Virus record (IMG/VR): IMGVR_UViG_3300044580_000519
Location: 1 to 48,897 of that record
Strand: one strand, 5' to 3'
DNA from: a virus
Lineage: Duplodnaviria > Caudoviricetes
Length of the DNA: 48,897 nt
Of this stretch, positions 1-8,990 are shown piece after piece; position 1 is the first letter of the stretch; each line of letters starts with the position of its first letter. The position numbers and the translations under genes were made by a program. Below the pieces are notes generated by a model. The model saw nothing but the letters and a program-made list of their open reading frames with translations, had not been told where the DNA came from and made no database searches.

Positions 1-606
1 TTATTTATAGTTATGAAAAAAAAGTTTCTTTATAAATGTGACTACCTTACTTTTCCGAAGAATAAAATACCCCACTACCCCAATAACTATTATTGTTATA
101 ATTATCCCCAATATATAACGCCACTTGTAAGGGTCTTCGGCGGTTTCTTCCGTAAGGTTTGTTTCTAATGAATTATCGGTAATAATTTCGTCTTCCTTTT
201 CCGAAGCGTTTATTTCGTGGCTTTCGGTTACGCCTTTTTCTTCGCTGGAAGAATTTATAATAAAACCTTCTATACTTTTTATTGCCCCTTTATCAGGGGG
301 CTTCTTATCCCTTTGTCGTGGCCCGGTATTAACGCTTCCTTTTTGCGCTTCTTCTTTGGCTTCCGGGCCTGGCCCTTCCAGTTGTTTTTCCGGCGGGTAG
401 AATTCTACCTTAAAATACTTTACTTCCAATCCGGCCGTTTTAGTCGAATCTATAAGGGTATGAATTTCCACATCCGTAATTTCGTTTCGCCGTTCTTCGG
501 TATTTTCCTTTTGCTTCGTATTGATTGTTAGCTTCTTGGGGGAAGAACAACCCAAGAAACCGAACAAACAAATAGTAAGTAATACTATAATAGCTTTTGC
601 TTTCAT
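1..606 (-). CDS. Lysis-cassette lipoprotein, putative spanin
   Basis: N-terminal lipobox (FLGC), C-terminal TM helix ([20 protein letters not shown]), directly after endolysin with 4-nt overlap. Confidence 0.6.
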   Translation of the reverse strand: MKAKAIIVLLTICLFGFLGCSSPKKLTINTKQKENTEERRNEITDVEIHTLIDSTKTAGLEVKYFKVEFYPPEKQLEGPGPEAKEEAQKGSVNTGPRQRDKKPPDKGAIKSIEGFIINSSSEEKGVTESHEINASEKEDEIITDNSLETNLTEETAEDPYKWRYILGIIITIIVIGVVGYFILRKSKVVTFIKKLFFHNYK

Positions 607-1127
607 GTGGTAAATTTTAAATCGTTTAGTCTGTTAAGCCAGCCGTTAATAAATCGCTTTTGCGAAGGGGTATTTTTCACAATTTTCCAAAGGAAGGCTT
701 CGCGTTCGGCTTTAATCTTATCAAAGAAGGCGCGCGGATATTGGTTGTTTACGGCTGCCAAAGTAATAGGGCCTACTACCCCGTCGTCTTTTACGCCTAA
801 TACTCTTTGCGGTATTTTGATTCCGTGAACGCCGGAACCCCATACCCAATCTACCAGAATATTAGCTACGCTTTGGCTTTTAATGTGGTCGGCCTTCCAT
901 TTATCCCAATAATGCGGTTTTAATACCCGGTTTACTACGTCTTCTTTAGTAAGTAATTTAAGGTCGTCTACGTCTATATCCCCGTCGCCGTCCTTATCAT
1001 AACCGACACTTCGCCAAGTACCAATAGTAACGCCCCTATTTGTAGACCCACCCCGGTCTGTCGGGTCGTTTACGTATCCGCCTTCCCATTTAAGAATGAA
1101 GGGAACTATTTTATTTACGTCTGCCAT
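603..1127 (-). CDS. Endolysin, glycoside hydrolase family 108 with C-terminal peptidoglycan-binding domain
   Basis: [20 protein letters not shown] catalytic motif; DGVVGPITL and FINGWLNR C-terminal motifs. Confidence 0.92.
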   Translation of the reverse strand: MADVNKIVPFILKWEGGYVNDPTDRGGSTNRGVTIGTWRSVGYDKDGDGDIDVDDLKLLTKEDVVNRVLKPHYWDKWKADHIKSQSVANILVDWVWGSGVHGIKIPQRVLGVKDDGVVGPITLAAVNNQYPRAFFDKIKAEREAFLWKIVKNTPSQKRFINGWLNRLNDLKFTT

Positions 1128-1165
1128 TGCTTTTTATGTTTTTAATTATACTTTATTTTTACTTT

Positions 1166-1531
1166 TCATTCCGTTTGCGCCATTAATTGCTTCCTATAAT
1201 TATCTTCAAACCATTGAAGTTTCATTTTAACCGGACAATTAATAGGGCTATCAACGAAAGTACAAGCGTCCGCGCAAGCTATCGCGCCTTTCTTCTGATA
1301 GTACTTTATTTCTTGGATATTGTAATCGTATCGAAGTTGCTTAATTGTTACAGCCTGTTCTAAAACCTGTTTTTCAAGGCTATCTATCCGCTTTTCAAAA
1401 TAACTAAATTCCTGTTGTGATGCTTCGGCCTCTTTTATCCGTTTGTTTGTTTTCAAGAAGACCCAAAAGCCAACAAAATTTAGAACTTCGGCCCCGATTA
1501 ATATCCCTATCAGTTCAACTACTCCTATCAT
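1166..1531 (-). CDS. Putative holin or lysis membrane protein
   Basis: N-terminal hydrophobic helix plus coiled coil, immediately upstream of endolysin. Confidence 0.5.
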   Translation of the reverse strand: MIGVVELIGILIGAEVLNFVGFWVFLKTNKRIKEAEASQQEFSYFEKRIDSLEKQVLEQAVTIKQLRYDYNIQEIKYYQKKGAIACADACTFVDSPINCPVKMKLQWFEDNYRKQLMAQTE

Positions 1532-1537
1532 ACGCCT

Positions 1538-1900
1538 TTATTTTCCGTCGAATTCCTGAATATCTGCCCTAACCATAGCCTTAACGGACAATACTTCCGA
1601 TAAAAACTCTTTGTATTCCGTTTCGTCGGCCGGGTCTGTTGATAGCCCCAAAGCGAAAGCGTTGTACTTATTAATAAGGCTAAATTCTTCGGTTTCGGCC
1701 CGGCGGTCGCGAAGAACGGCCTTAACGCATTTTTCGTATTCCGGGGTTCCCCAAATTAGAACTGTATCGTATTCGTAGACGGTCTTTATTTCTCCTTTTT
1801 CGTTCTCTACTTCTACTTCTTTTATTTTGTGGTTGTAGTGCCAGCTACCGTTTCCCAAATCCAATAATTTAGGCGGCCTTACGTTTGAATTTGATTTCAT
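1538..1900 (-). CDS. Hypothetical protein, possibly tail fibre assembly chaperone
   Basis: 120 aa, overlaps RT stop by 32 nt, sits between tail-fibre/DGR block and lysis genes; function from position only. Confidence 0.45.
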   Translation of the reverse strand: MKSNSNVRPPKLLDLGNGSWHYNHKIKEVEVENEKGEIKTVYEYDTVLIWGTPEYEKCVKAVLRDRRAETEEFSLINKYNAFALGLSTDPADETEYKEFLSEVLSVKAMVRADIQEFDGK

Positions 1901-2885
1901 AAATTGAATTTTTAGAAAGTTTACTAATTAAATTCTTACTATCGCAATACTTAGCCCAACCCCACCAAGGGCAAATACTTTGCTTAAACTCTTTTTCGGT
2001 TAAATTCTTTCGCTTCCGTAACTTCGCTATTCTTCGGCAAAATGTTTTCTTTATGCTTTTACGCATCCGTGTATGCGTATGGAAGAAAACAAAACCTACG
2101 AAGTCAATACCCCGCGAATCAACCGGGAATATTTGCCAATTTCTTTTAACCTCTAATTTCAAATCCCCGAAATATTCCCTAATGTCGCTTAACAAGCCAT
2201 GTAGTAGGGTTTTGTCCGAAGAAAGTATTACTATGTCGTCCGCGTATCGGAAGTAGTACTTAACCCCTTTTACCTCTTTTATCCAATGGTCAAAATAGGC
2301 AAGGTAAAGGTTGGCAAAGTATTGACTTAAATAGTTGCCAATAGGTACGCCTTCCGCCGAATCTATAATTTCGTCAAGAAGCCATAGTAATTTTTTATCC
2401 TTTATTTTCCTACGAACTATTTCTTTTAAAACGTCGTGGTTAATAGAAGGGTAGAACTTGCGAACGTCGAGTTTTAGGCAATACTTTGTACCTTGCGGGT
2501 CTTCCCGTAATACCTTTCTAACCTTTTTAGCGGCCGCGTGTATTCCTTTGTTCTTTATACAGCTATAAGTGTCTTCCGTGAAAATAGAAACCCATATAGG
2601 TTCTAAAACATTCATTACTGCGTGGTGTACAATACGGTCGGGGAAATAAGGCAAGCGGTATATTTCGCGTTCTTTTGGTTCCCAAATAGTAAATACTTCG
2701 TACTTTGAAGTACGGAAAGTTTGGTTTAGTAAAGCTTCGCGTAGTTTAAGTATATTTTCGTCCCGGTTCTTATCGTGCTTTAGAACCCCATGCGAACGTA
2801 GTTTACCCTTCCGGGCTTTTTCGTCCGCTAACTTCAAGTTCTCTAAAGAGCAAACCGTTTCGTATAAATTACCTACTCGTTTCAT
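1869..2885 (-). CDS. DGR reverse transcriptase
   Basis: YADD catalytic motif (YFRYADDIVIL), GVPIGNYLSQ with DGR-type SQ, LKLDVRKFYPSI; 338 aa with no maturase or endonuclease domain; next to TR. Confidence 0.97.
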   Translation of the reverse strand: MKRVGNLYETVCSLENLKLADEKARKGKLRSHGVLKHDKNRDENILKLREALLNQTFRTSKYEVFTIWEPKEREIYRLPYFPDRIVHHAVMNVLEPIWVSIFTEDTYSCIKNKGIHAAAKKVRKVLREDPQGTKYCLKLDVRKFYPSINHDVLKEIVRRKIKDKKLLWLLDEIIDSAEGVPIGNYLSQYFANLYLAYFDHWIKEVKGVKYYFRYADDIVILSSDKTLLHGLLSDIREYFGDLKLEVKRNWQIFPVDSRGIDFVGFVFFHTHTRMRKSIKKTFCRRIAKLRKRKNLTEKEFKQSICPWWGWAKYCDSKNLISKLSKNSIYEIKFKRKAA

Positions 2886-2952
2886 TACTTTGCTTTGTTC
2901 TTGGGGAATCTTCGGAAAATCCTACCAATACCCATTTAACTGAATTTATTTT

Positions 2953-2966
2953 TTGCCAAGTGGCAA
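2953..2966 (-). other. Hairpin in TR-RT spacer (TTGCCA-CT-TGGCAA)
   Basis: 6-bp inverted repeat about 20 nt 3' of TR, where the DGR RNA spacer is expected to be structured. Confidence 0.5.
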
Positions 2967-2987
2967 GGTCTTTGCTTTTTTGTATCT

Positions 2988-3101
2988 TTAGCATAGCTGG
3001 GAGTTGATATTCGTATTCGTATTCGTGGCCGTGTTATTCGTATTCGCGTAGCTGAAACCCGCATTCGCGCTGTTATTCGCATTACCGCCAAACAAAACGC
3101 C
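2988..3101 (-). repeat. DGR template repeat (TR)
   Basis: Non-coding, AAT/AAC-rich (reads GVLFGGNANNSANAGFSYANTNNTATNTNTNINSQLC*); aligns without gaps to three VR-like segments. Confidence 0.97.
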
Positions 3102-3127
3102 CCAAAAAGCAAACAACCCTTTTTGTT

Positions 3128-3463
3128 TTATTCTAAAAAGTACCTTGTACCTGAAGCGCGCATAGTAACTTTTCTTGGGAAGGCCTTCATTTCTTTAATC
3201 TTTCCAAGTACGTACTTTATTTCGGAAGAATTGGTAAAGAACTTCCGGGCTTCGTTGTCGCTGTCTTCAAGGTTAAACTTAATCTTAACAAGGAAGCGAC
3301 CGTTCTCGAATTTTGTTTTTACGTCGTCCAAATAATCAACTACCCAAAACGAAAGGTTAATTAATTTTTGTTGGTTCGTTTCGGGGCAATTAAAATGCCT
3401 GTTGTTTGCGTCCGGCTGAATCTTTAGGAAGGATAAACTTCCGTCGTCTAATCTTTGTTCCAT
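3128..3463 (-). CDS. Putative DGR accessory protein in the avd position (not recognisably Avd)
   Basis: 111 aa between target gene and TR; beta-rich pattern rather than four-helix bundle. Confidence 0.6.
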   Translation of the reverse strand: MEQRLDDGSLSFLKIQPDANNRHFNCPETNQQKLINLSFWVVDYLDDVKTKFENGRFLVKIKFNLEDSDNEARKFFTNSSEIKYVLGKIKEMKAFPRKVTMRASGTRYFLE

Positions 3464-3515
3464 ATTATTGCTTTTTAAATTTATTATCTCTTATTCGTTG
3501 CGTTACGTGTTAGTT

Positions 3516-4838
3516 TTACGGTATAAAGCAAAGCCGAGAGCCTACATTAGCCGAGATCCCCATATCTGAGTAATCCGTACGGGTGTAGCCTAAACCAGCG
3601 GAAAGACTGGCTTCTGAAGAACCGCCAAAAAGAACAATCCTTTGAATTTCGGATGTTTCCGGTATAGATGTATAGAAGTAGTCGCAAAAGTATGTAGAAG
3701 AAGACGCGCCAACTTCTACGGGCATATTCTCCCCGTATTCTCCAACAATTATGCGCTTTACATAACCTGAATTTCGTGAAAGTAAACCCTTGAATTGGTA
3801 ATTGTCGTAATTGTTGCTTTGAAAGTTAGCCGGGTCTTCGCAAACGTAAAGTTCCGTCATACCCCCACTATCACTATTGCTTTGAATACGTACTTTAACG
3901 CCATCCGTACAACTCCAAATGTGGCCAAATGGATTTTCTAATCCCCTGTAACTTGGAACTTGTACGGTAAGACTTCCGTATTCTTGTGGCATTGCGAAAG
4001 CTACTATACCAGTACGGTTTCCTAAGCTGTTAGTATGTCCTACAGGAATAAAAGGATTATACGAATTAAAAGAACTCCACGTATCACCTACCAAAGTAGT
4101 AACTCCACTTCCTAAGCCGCCTTGTTTATACCCTTCGCTTGTGGGTTCTGCGTTGTACGCATATTGACTATTCAAGTTTGCGTATTCTATCGCGTAAAGC
4201 CAAAAACAAGTTTTTTGAATGTCGTAAACATCGCAATTCCATCCAGCCCCGTTCTTACCGGCTTCTCCCCGTTGGCGTGCGTATGCCCGGTAGTTTGTTA
4301 GGTTGGTAGAAGTTCCCGGCCGTCCTAACAAACTGCGATAGGTTCCGTCCCAACTTGTTATATTGTTTCCGCCCCTGAATTCTGCAGAAGAATTTACTAC
4401 CGAAGCCAATTTAGGTGCGCTACTTACTGTACGGTCTATTGCAGCTTCATAAGCCGAACGGTAACAAAGCGGTACGAAGTGGAAACCGGGTAGCGCGTAT
4501 TCTGAAATAAAACAACGATGTATATACCCGTCTACTTCGAACTTTCGGTAGTGTGCCGGTATTTCTACCATTACTTGTCCGTCGATTCCGTTCAAGTTTG
4601 CGGACGCGTTGTTATCTCGTTTGGTACTATCAGTAGGATTAAGATAATAGTTTACCGTTCCGTCGTCTTTCAAAATGCAACGGCGCATACGACTTTGAAT
4701 GGGCAAAGAAACATGAAGTTCCGGCCTTCCTATTCTATTGCAAGCCGGGTTAGCTACGTTATAATACCATTCTATACCGTAATAGTAATCATACGGAAAT
4801 ATTGGCTTTGTATTGCCAATCCCAATTATTAAGCCCAT
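3516..4838 (-). CDS. Tail fibre / receptor-binding protein with C-terminal C-type-lectin-like domain (ancestral DGR target)
   Basis: YRGLENPFGHIW motif and terminal VLFGG...GSRLCFIP matching TR translation; end of tail module. Confidence 0.8.
   Translation of the reverse strand: MGLIIGIGNTKPIFPYDYYYGIEWYYNVANPACNRIGRPELHVSLPIQSRMRRCILKDDGTVNYYLNPTDSTKRDNNASANLNGIDGQVMVEIPAHYRKFEVDGYIHRCFISEYALPGFHFVPLCYRSAYEAAIDRTVSSAPKLASVVNSSAEFRGGNNITSWDGTYRSLLGRPGTSTNLTNYRAYARQRGEAGKNGAGWNCDVYDIQKTCFWLYAIEYANLNSQYAYNAEPTSEGYKQGGLGSGVTTLVGDTWSSFNSYNPFIPVGHTNSLGNRTGIVAFAMPQEYGSLTVQVPSYRGLENPFGHIWSCTDGVKVRIQSNSDSGGMTELYVCEDPANFQSNNYDNYQFKGLLSRNSGYVKRIIVGEYGENMPVEVGASSSTYFCDYFYTSIPETSEIQRIVLFGGSSEASLSAGLGYTRTDYSDMGISANVGSRLCFIP
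3525..3638 (-). repeat. Degenerate variable repeat VR1
   Basis: Colinear with full TR but about 16 of 50 non-A positions differ in the 3' 78 nt. Confidence 0.8.
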
Positions 4839-4850
4839 AATTTTATACTT

Positions 4851-4925
4851 TTAATAACCCCATTGAGGTTAAGGTTTCCTAAACTTGTTTGTTTAATATC
4901 TTTAATCGGGTTTCAAACCACATAC
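4851..4925 (-). pseudogene. Remnant of a small tail-associated gene (..IKDIKQTSLGNLNL / WGY*)
   Basis: Coding-like fragment with 1-nt frameshift before TGG GGT TAT TAA, no 5' part; family recognised from memory only. Confidence 0.4.
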
Positions 4926-4964
4926 CCCATATCGTTGCTTTTTGCTTCAAAAAAAGAACATATC

Positions 4965-4979
4965 GTATTATTATAATAC
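4965..4979. promoter_or_regulatory. Palindromic operator copy 1 (GTATTA-TTA-TAATAC)
   Basis: Same palindrome at 19923, 21181 and 30791; upstream of tail fibre/DGR unit. Confidence 0.65.
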
Positions 4980-5003
4980 TATTGTTTATAAAAAAATAAT
5001 AAC

Positions 5004-8000
5004 TTAGCTTCTACTATTTAAGTGATAGGCGCGGTAATTAATTCCGTCCCAAACTAAAAAAAATTCTTCTATATCTCCCTTTTCCATAGCCAGGCCCCCG
5101 GTTTCTACCCCTGCATTATTATTTAAACGTTGTGGGTAATTAATACTACTCATATCGGTTCTTTCCGTTGTCCGCCCCCAAATATGCCCCCTTACCGTAC
5201 TATCAGCCGAACAAATAACAGTAAAGCGAATTGCAAACGAAGCCGAAGGATTTATATGCAACCTGGAAGCTATCGACAATCGGGAAGGAAGCCCGAGGCC
5301 GCTATTACTATTAACAAATCTTACTATAACTTTTTGAATACATGGACTTGCTTCTCCCGGTATATGTGTTTTATTTGTATCCGGAGTAATTGCTGTAAAG
5401 GGATAACTTGTAATCATTCCGTTACATACAATATCCCCCGTTGCCGAAATAGCAAAGTTATAAGCTGCATTTTTTACACTAATTAGTAACCCGTAATTTG
5501 TACCGTAGCTATTTGGCGTTTCATTATAAAAACGGCCAACCCCTACAGATCCGATAAAAGCTGGCAAAACGTTTGCTCCAATACTTGCCCAGCAATATGC
5601 GTTAGCAAATTTTATAAAATCGTTGTAAAGGGATAAACCTTGCCCCGAAGTCCCCGTACCGCTTGCCGTTGCTCCAATTTGTCCGCTTTCTATCTCAAAA
5701 CCGCCAATAGAACCCGAAATAGCGTTTATATTTCCTTCTATTGTGGCTTTATTTGCTACAAATGAACCGTCTTGCAATACCCGGAAAGGGGCCATACCTC
5801 TATTTTCATAAGACGCCCCCGCCCAAACACGAACCGAAGAAGAAGTCGTACCTTGCCCGGTAATTCCGGCCAATATGGAACCGCCCGACCCTGCAAGCTG
5901 AACCGTCCCGGAAGTAACTATACCACCGTTTATTGTGGTTACTGTATTGTCGTAATTTACGGCTATTACCCAATCATTAGCGACGTAACTACCCGTTGTT
6001 CTTGCGGTAGAACAACGGCGTAAATCTATGCCGTTTACCCATAAGTCGCCGATTTCGTAAGGAGGGTAAGGCGTGGAAACAAATACCCGCCGTTTTCCGT
6101 CGGCCGTGTCTTGGGCCTGGCCCGCCGCTTCGTATGCGTCTATTGCCTTTTGGTCTTCTATTGTAGTCCAACCATACGTAGAACCTGAAACGGTGTAACG
6201 CTTTAATAGCTTTGTCGCTGAACTATACCACATATCCCCTACGTGTTTAGCTCTAACGGCCGCCGTAGTCCAAGCCGTAGCCGGGTCAGAAGTTTGGAAC
6301 CAACTTTCTATTTTGCCGTCTATTTGGTTCGTTAAATCGTTAATCGTAGAAGCGTAAGAACCGTTTATAAAATTATTTAGACCCGCGTCGCTGGTGTATT
6401 GGCTTGCTTTTTCCCAATCCGAAGAATTATAACTACCTGTTAGGCGTGTAACCTTACATCGCATTATATCCCCGCTTGCGCCTTGTACCCATAAGTCGCC
6501 AATTTCGTAAGGTGTAACCGGGGTTGTCGTGAATATTCGGTTTTTGTTCTTGGCCAAAGCAAGGGCTTCATTTGCCAACGCTAAGGCTTGCGCTAACTCC
6601 GAATCCTGTAATTCCTGCCAACTGTAAACAGTTCCATTCTTTATCCAACGAAAGACCTTACCGGTAGAAGTGTTATAAAACAAGTCCCCTAAATGGTTTT
6701 CTTTGTCAGCGGTAGTTATCCAAGTGTTCGCCGGCGCGTTGCTGGTAGTTGGGTCGTAGGTTTCAAAGAATTGTTCTATTTGTCCGTCTAATTGTGCTTG
6801 TATTTCGTCAAGAATACCGGGTAAGGTGTTATTTATATAATCCTTTGTTTCTTGGGCTACGCTATCCAAGTCGGAAACGTTTTTACTACTTCCGTCGGAA
6901 GAAATAAAATTAATGTTACCGCCTATTTCCTCGTTATCCAAGTCGAAATAAGTACTTCCGCCGCTACTTTCTATTCGTCCGGTTTTAATGAAGCGTCCGG
7001 CAATAGTAGAACTACCATAGGTAAGGGAAACCAAACGCGCGGGGTTTTTTCCGCCTGTGTCGGTTTCTACGCTGTTAAGAACTCCAATTAAAAAAGTATA
7101 ATAGGTTGCTTCATTATCTACTTTTCGTTGGGTTGTATCCAAAATAATACTTCCGGCCCCGGTAGTTTTGGAACAACGGGCGTATATGTAATAAGCCGTA
7201 TTACTTACAAGGTTACTATACGAAACTTGCGCTATTTCCCAAGTCCTTATAACTTCTTCTATTGTGTAGTGTATCAAATGCCCGCCCGTTATTCGTATAT
7301 AATTCGGGTTGCCTTGGTAATTGGGTTCAAAAACAACGTTTCGTAATACGAATTGCATAGACTTTGCTCCAACTTGTAACATTGTTGTTTCAATACTTAG
7401 CGGCTTAATCTTATCGCTATAATAATCCCCTTCGGGGTCGAATACCATAGCTAAAACTTCTTGGCTTGCCCGCCAACTTCTACGGGCCTTTGAAGGGTCG
7501 GCAAGGTTGTTAATCCTTATTACTTCGTCTATTTCCTTTAAGTCGCTTATTACCCTTGTGATGGTGGTTTTGGTTACGCTGTCGCCCAACGTTAAAGAAT
7601 ACTTGTAAGGTTGCAACAAATCCCGTGTAAACCCCGTAATACGTATAGACTTATCTACCCCTAAATCTTCGTCCTTTACCGGTATATAATCCCCTACGGC
7701 AAATAAGTTTACCACGGTAAGTTGTCCCGCAAACTGCTTAATAAAATTTTGGTCTATGTTTAAGCCGTATTGTACTTGGGGTTGGCAATTCTGCAAATAA
7801 TAGCTTTCCCCTTCTTCCTGTAATTCTAATTCGGCTTCCGTTTTATATTGGTCGGGTAGGTTTATATCCGTAAAAAAATACTTATCCCCCGGCGAAAATT
7901 GGAAGGCCGCGCTTGTTTCGCTTGGAAACTTCATACCGCTTTCGTCTGTAAACGGTACTAACTGTATTTCCTTAGTCGAACTATCGTATTTATGTACGTC

Positions 8001-8990
8001 GAATTCATAACCGGCCAAATTGCCCGTAGTAAACTTTACCTTTGCGCTTACGCCTGCTATTAGCCATTTCGTATTACCTTGGCCGTCCTTTTCGTTAAGG
8101 TCGAAATTCATAGTATTATCTATAAAAGCATAATACTTGCTTCCTAAGCCTGTTACTTCGCCGTATCGGTTCGGAAAAATGTTATCAAAAACCTTTGTAT
8201 TTTCTTTCAGTCCGAAAGCTGCAATAGCGGCCGCGCTTTCTATGTAAGAATCATTTTTACCGATACTTCCCGGAAGGCAAAGTTTACTATGTCGGTAAGT
8301 GTTCCCCAAGTTGTTACTTCCGCCGTAAATAAATAACCGGGTAACAACGTTCTTAGAATTTATATTTTGCCTTGTCAATTCGTACAAACCGCCCGTTTTC
8401 CCGTACCTGAATGTATAAGGGAAGGCTACGCCCGCTTTGCGAATATTAAGCGTTCTAATTCCGTTATTTTGCGTTATCTCAAATTCTTGGCTATACTCTT
8501 TGCAAAGGTCTTGTAATACATCTAAACAATTCCTACCGCTAAAAGTCAATGTCTTAAACTCTGTTTCTTGCGGGTATTCTCCAAGAACCCACTTATTAGG
8601 GAATACGCGCAAGACGTTTACTATTACTATTTGTAAGAAGTCTAACAAATTACCGGTAAAGCTGTCGCCTATCGTGTTGTACGGTAGTAAAAATTGTGCG
8701 TCTATTAATTCGTATTGTACCCCTTCAAATGTTAGGGTATATTCAAATTTACGCGTTCCGGTTTTCTTAACGGTCGGTAGTTGGTTTATCGTGTACGTTT
8801 TACCGTAGACCTCTATCGTATCCCCTAAAACAAATTCTAAGGGGGTTGCACTTTTTACCGTAATAGTTACGGTATCTTCCGCAAGAAGTCCTACGGATTG
8901 TTCGGCCTTAGTAATTCCCGAAGTTCGCGGCCCGGAATTTAGCAAGGTAGTGCTTCCGTCGGGGTGAGTAATGATAATATTTGAATTCAT
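5004..8990 (-). CDS. Large tail tip / host-specificity protein
   Basis: 1328 aa after distal-tail gene; N-terminal tail hub-like region (VVTRLFIYGG); internal ~150-aa duplication. Confidence 0.8.
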   Translation of the reverse strand: MNSNIIITHPDGSTTLLNSGPRTSGITKAEQSVGLLAEDTVTITVKSATPLEFVLGDTIEVYGKTYTINQLPTVKKTGTRKFEYTLTFEGVQYELIDAQFLLPYNTIGDSFTGNLLDFLQIVIVNVLRVFPNKWVLGEYPQETEFKTLTFSGRNCLDVLQDLCKEYSQEFEITQNNGIRTLNIRKAGVAFPYTFRYGKTGGLYELTRQNINSKNVVTRLFIYGGSNNLGNTYRHSKLCLPGSIGKNDSYIESAAAIAAFGLKENTKVFDNIFPNRYGEVTGLGSKYYAFIDNTMNFDLNEKDGQGNTKWLIAGVSAKVKFTTGNLAGYEFDVHKYDSSTKEIQLVPFTDESGMKFPSETSAAFQFSPGDKYFFTDINLPDQYKTEAELELQEEGESYYLQNCQPQVQYGLNIDQNFIKQFAGQLTVVNLFAVGDYIPVKDEDLGVDKSIRITGFTRDLLQPYKYSLTLGDSVTKTTITRVISDLKEIDEVIRINNLADPSKARRSWRASQEVLAMVFDPEGDYYSDKIKPLSIETTMLQVGAKSMQFVLRNVVFEPNYQGNPNYIRITGGHLIHYTIEEVIRTWEIAQVSYSNLVSNTAYYIYARCSKTTGAGSIILDTTQRKVDNEATYYTFLIGVLNSVETDTGGKNPARLVSLTYGSSTIAGRFIKTGRIESSGGSTYFDLDNEEIGGNINFISSDGSSKNVSDLDSVAQETKDYINNTLPGILDEIQAQLDGQIEQFFETYDPTTSNAPANTWITTADKENHLGDLFYNTSTGKVFRWIKNGTVYSWQELQDSELAQALALANEALALAKNKNRIFTTTPVTPYEIGDLWVQGASGDIMRCKVTRLTGSYNSSDWEKASQYTSDAGLNNFINGSYASTINDLTNQIDGKIESWFQTSDPATAWTTAAVRAKHVGDMWYSSATKLLKRYTVSGSTYGWTTIEDQKAIDAYEAAGQAQDTADGKRRVFVSTPYPPYEIGDLWVNGIDLRRCSTARTTGSYVANDWVIAVNYDNTVTTINGGIVTSGTVQLAGSGGSILAGITGQGTTSSSVRVWAGASYENRGMAPFRVLQDGSFVANKATIEGNINAISGSIGGFEIESGQIGATASGTGTSGQGLSLYNDFIKFANAYCWASIGANVLPAFIGSVGVGRFYNETPNSYGTNYGLLISVKNAAYNFAISATGDIVCNGMITSYPFTAITPDTNKTHIPGEASPCIQKVIVRFVNSNSGLGLPSRLSIASRLHINPSASFAIRFTVICSADSTVRGHIWGRTTERTDMSSINYPQRLNNNAGVETGGLAMEKGDIEEFFLVWDGINYRAYHLNSRS

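Noticed and set aside
1869-2885. RT as group II intron, retron or Abi RT
   Set aside because: Short, no maturase/endonuclease domain, SQ motif, and a TR with A-only VR mismatches identify a DGR
3008-3050. ATTCGT tandem repeats as microsatellite or CRISPR
   Set aside because: They are the ACG-AAT codons of TR; no repeat-spacer array or cas genes
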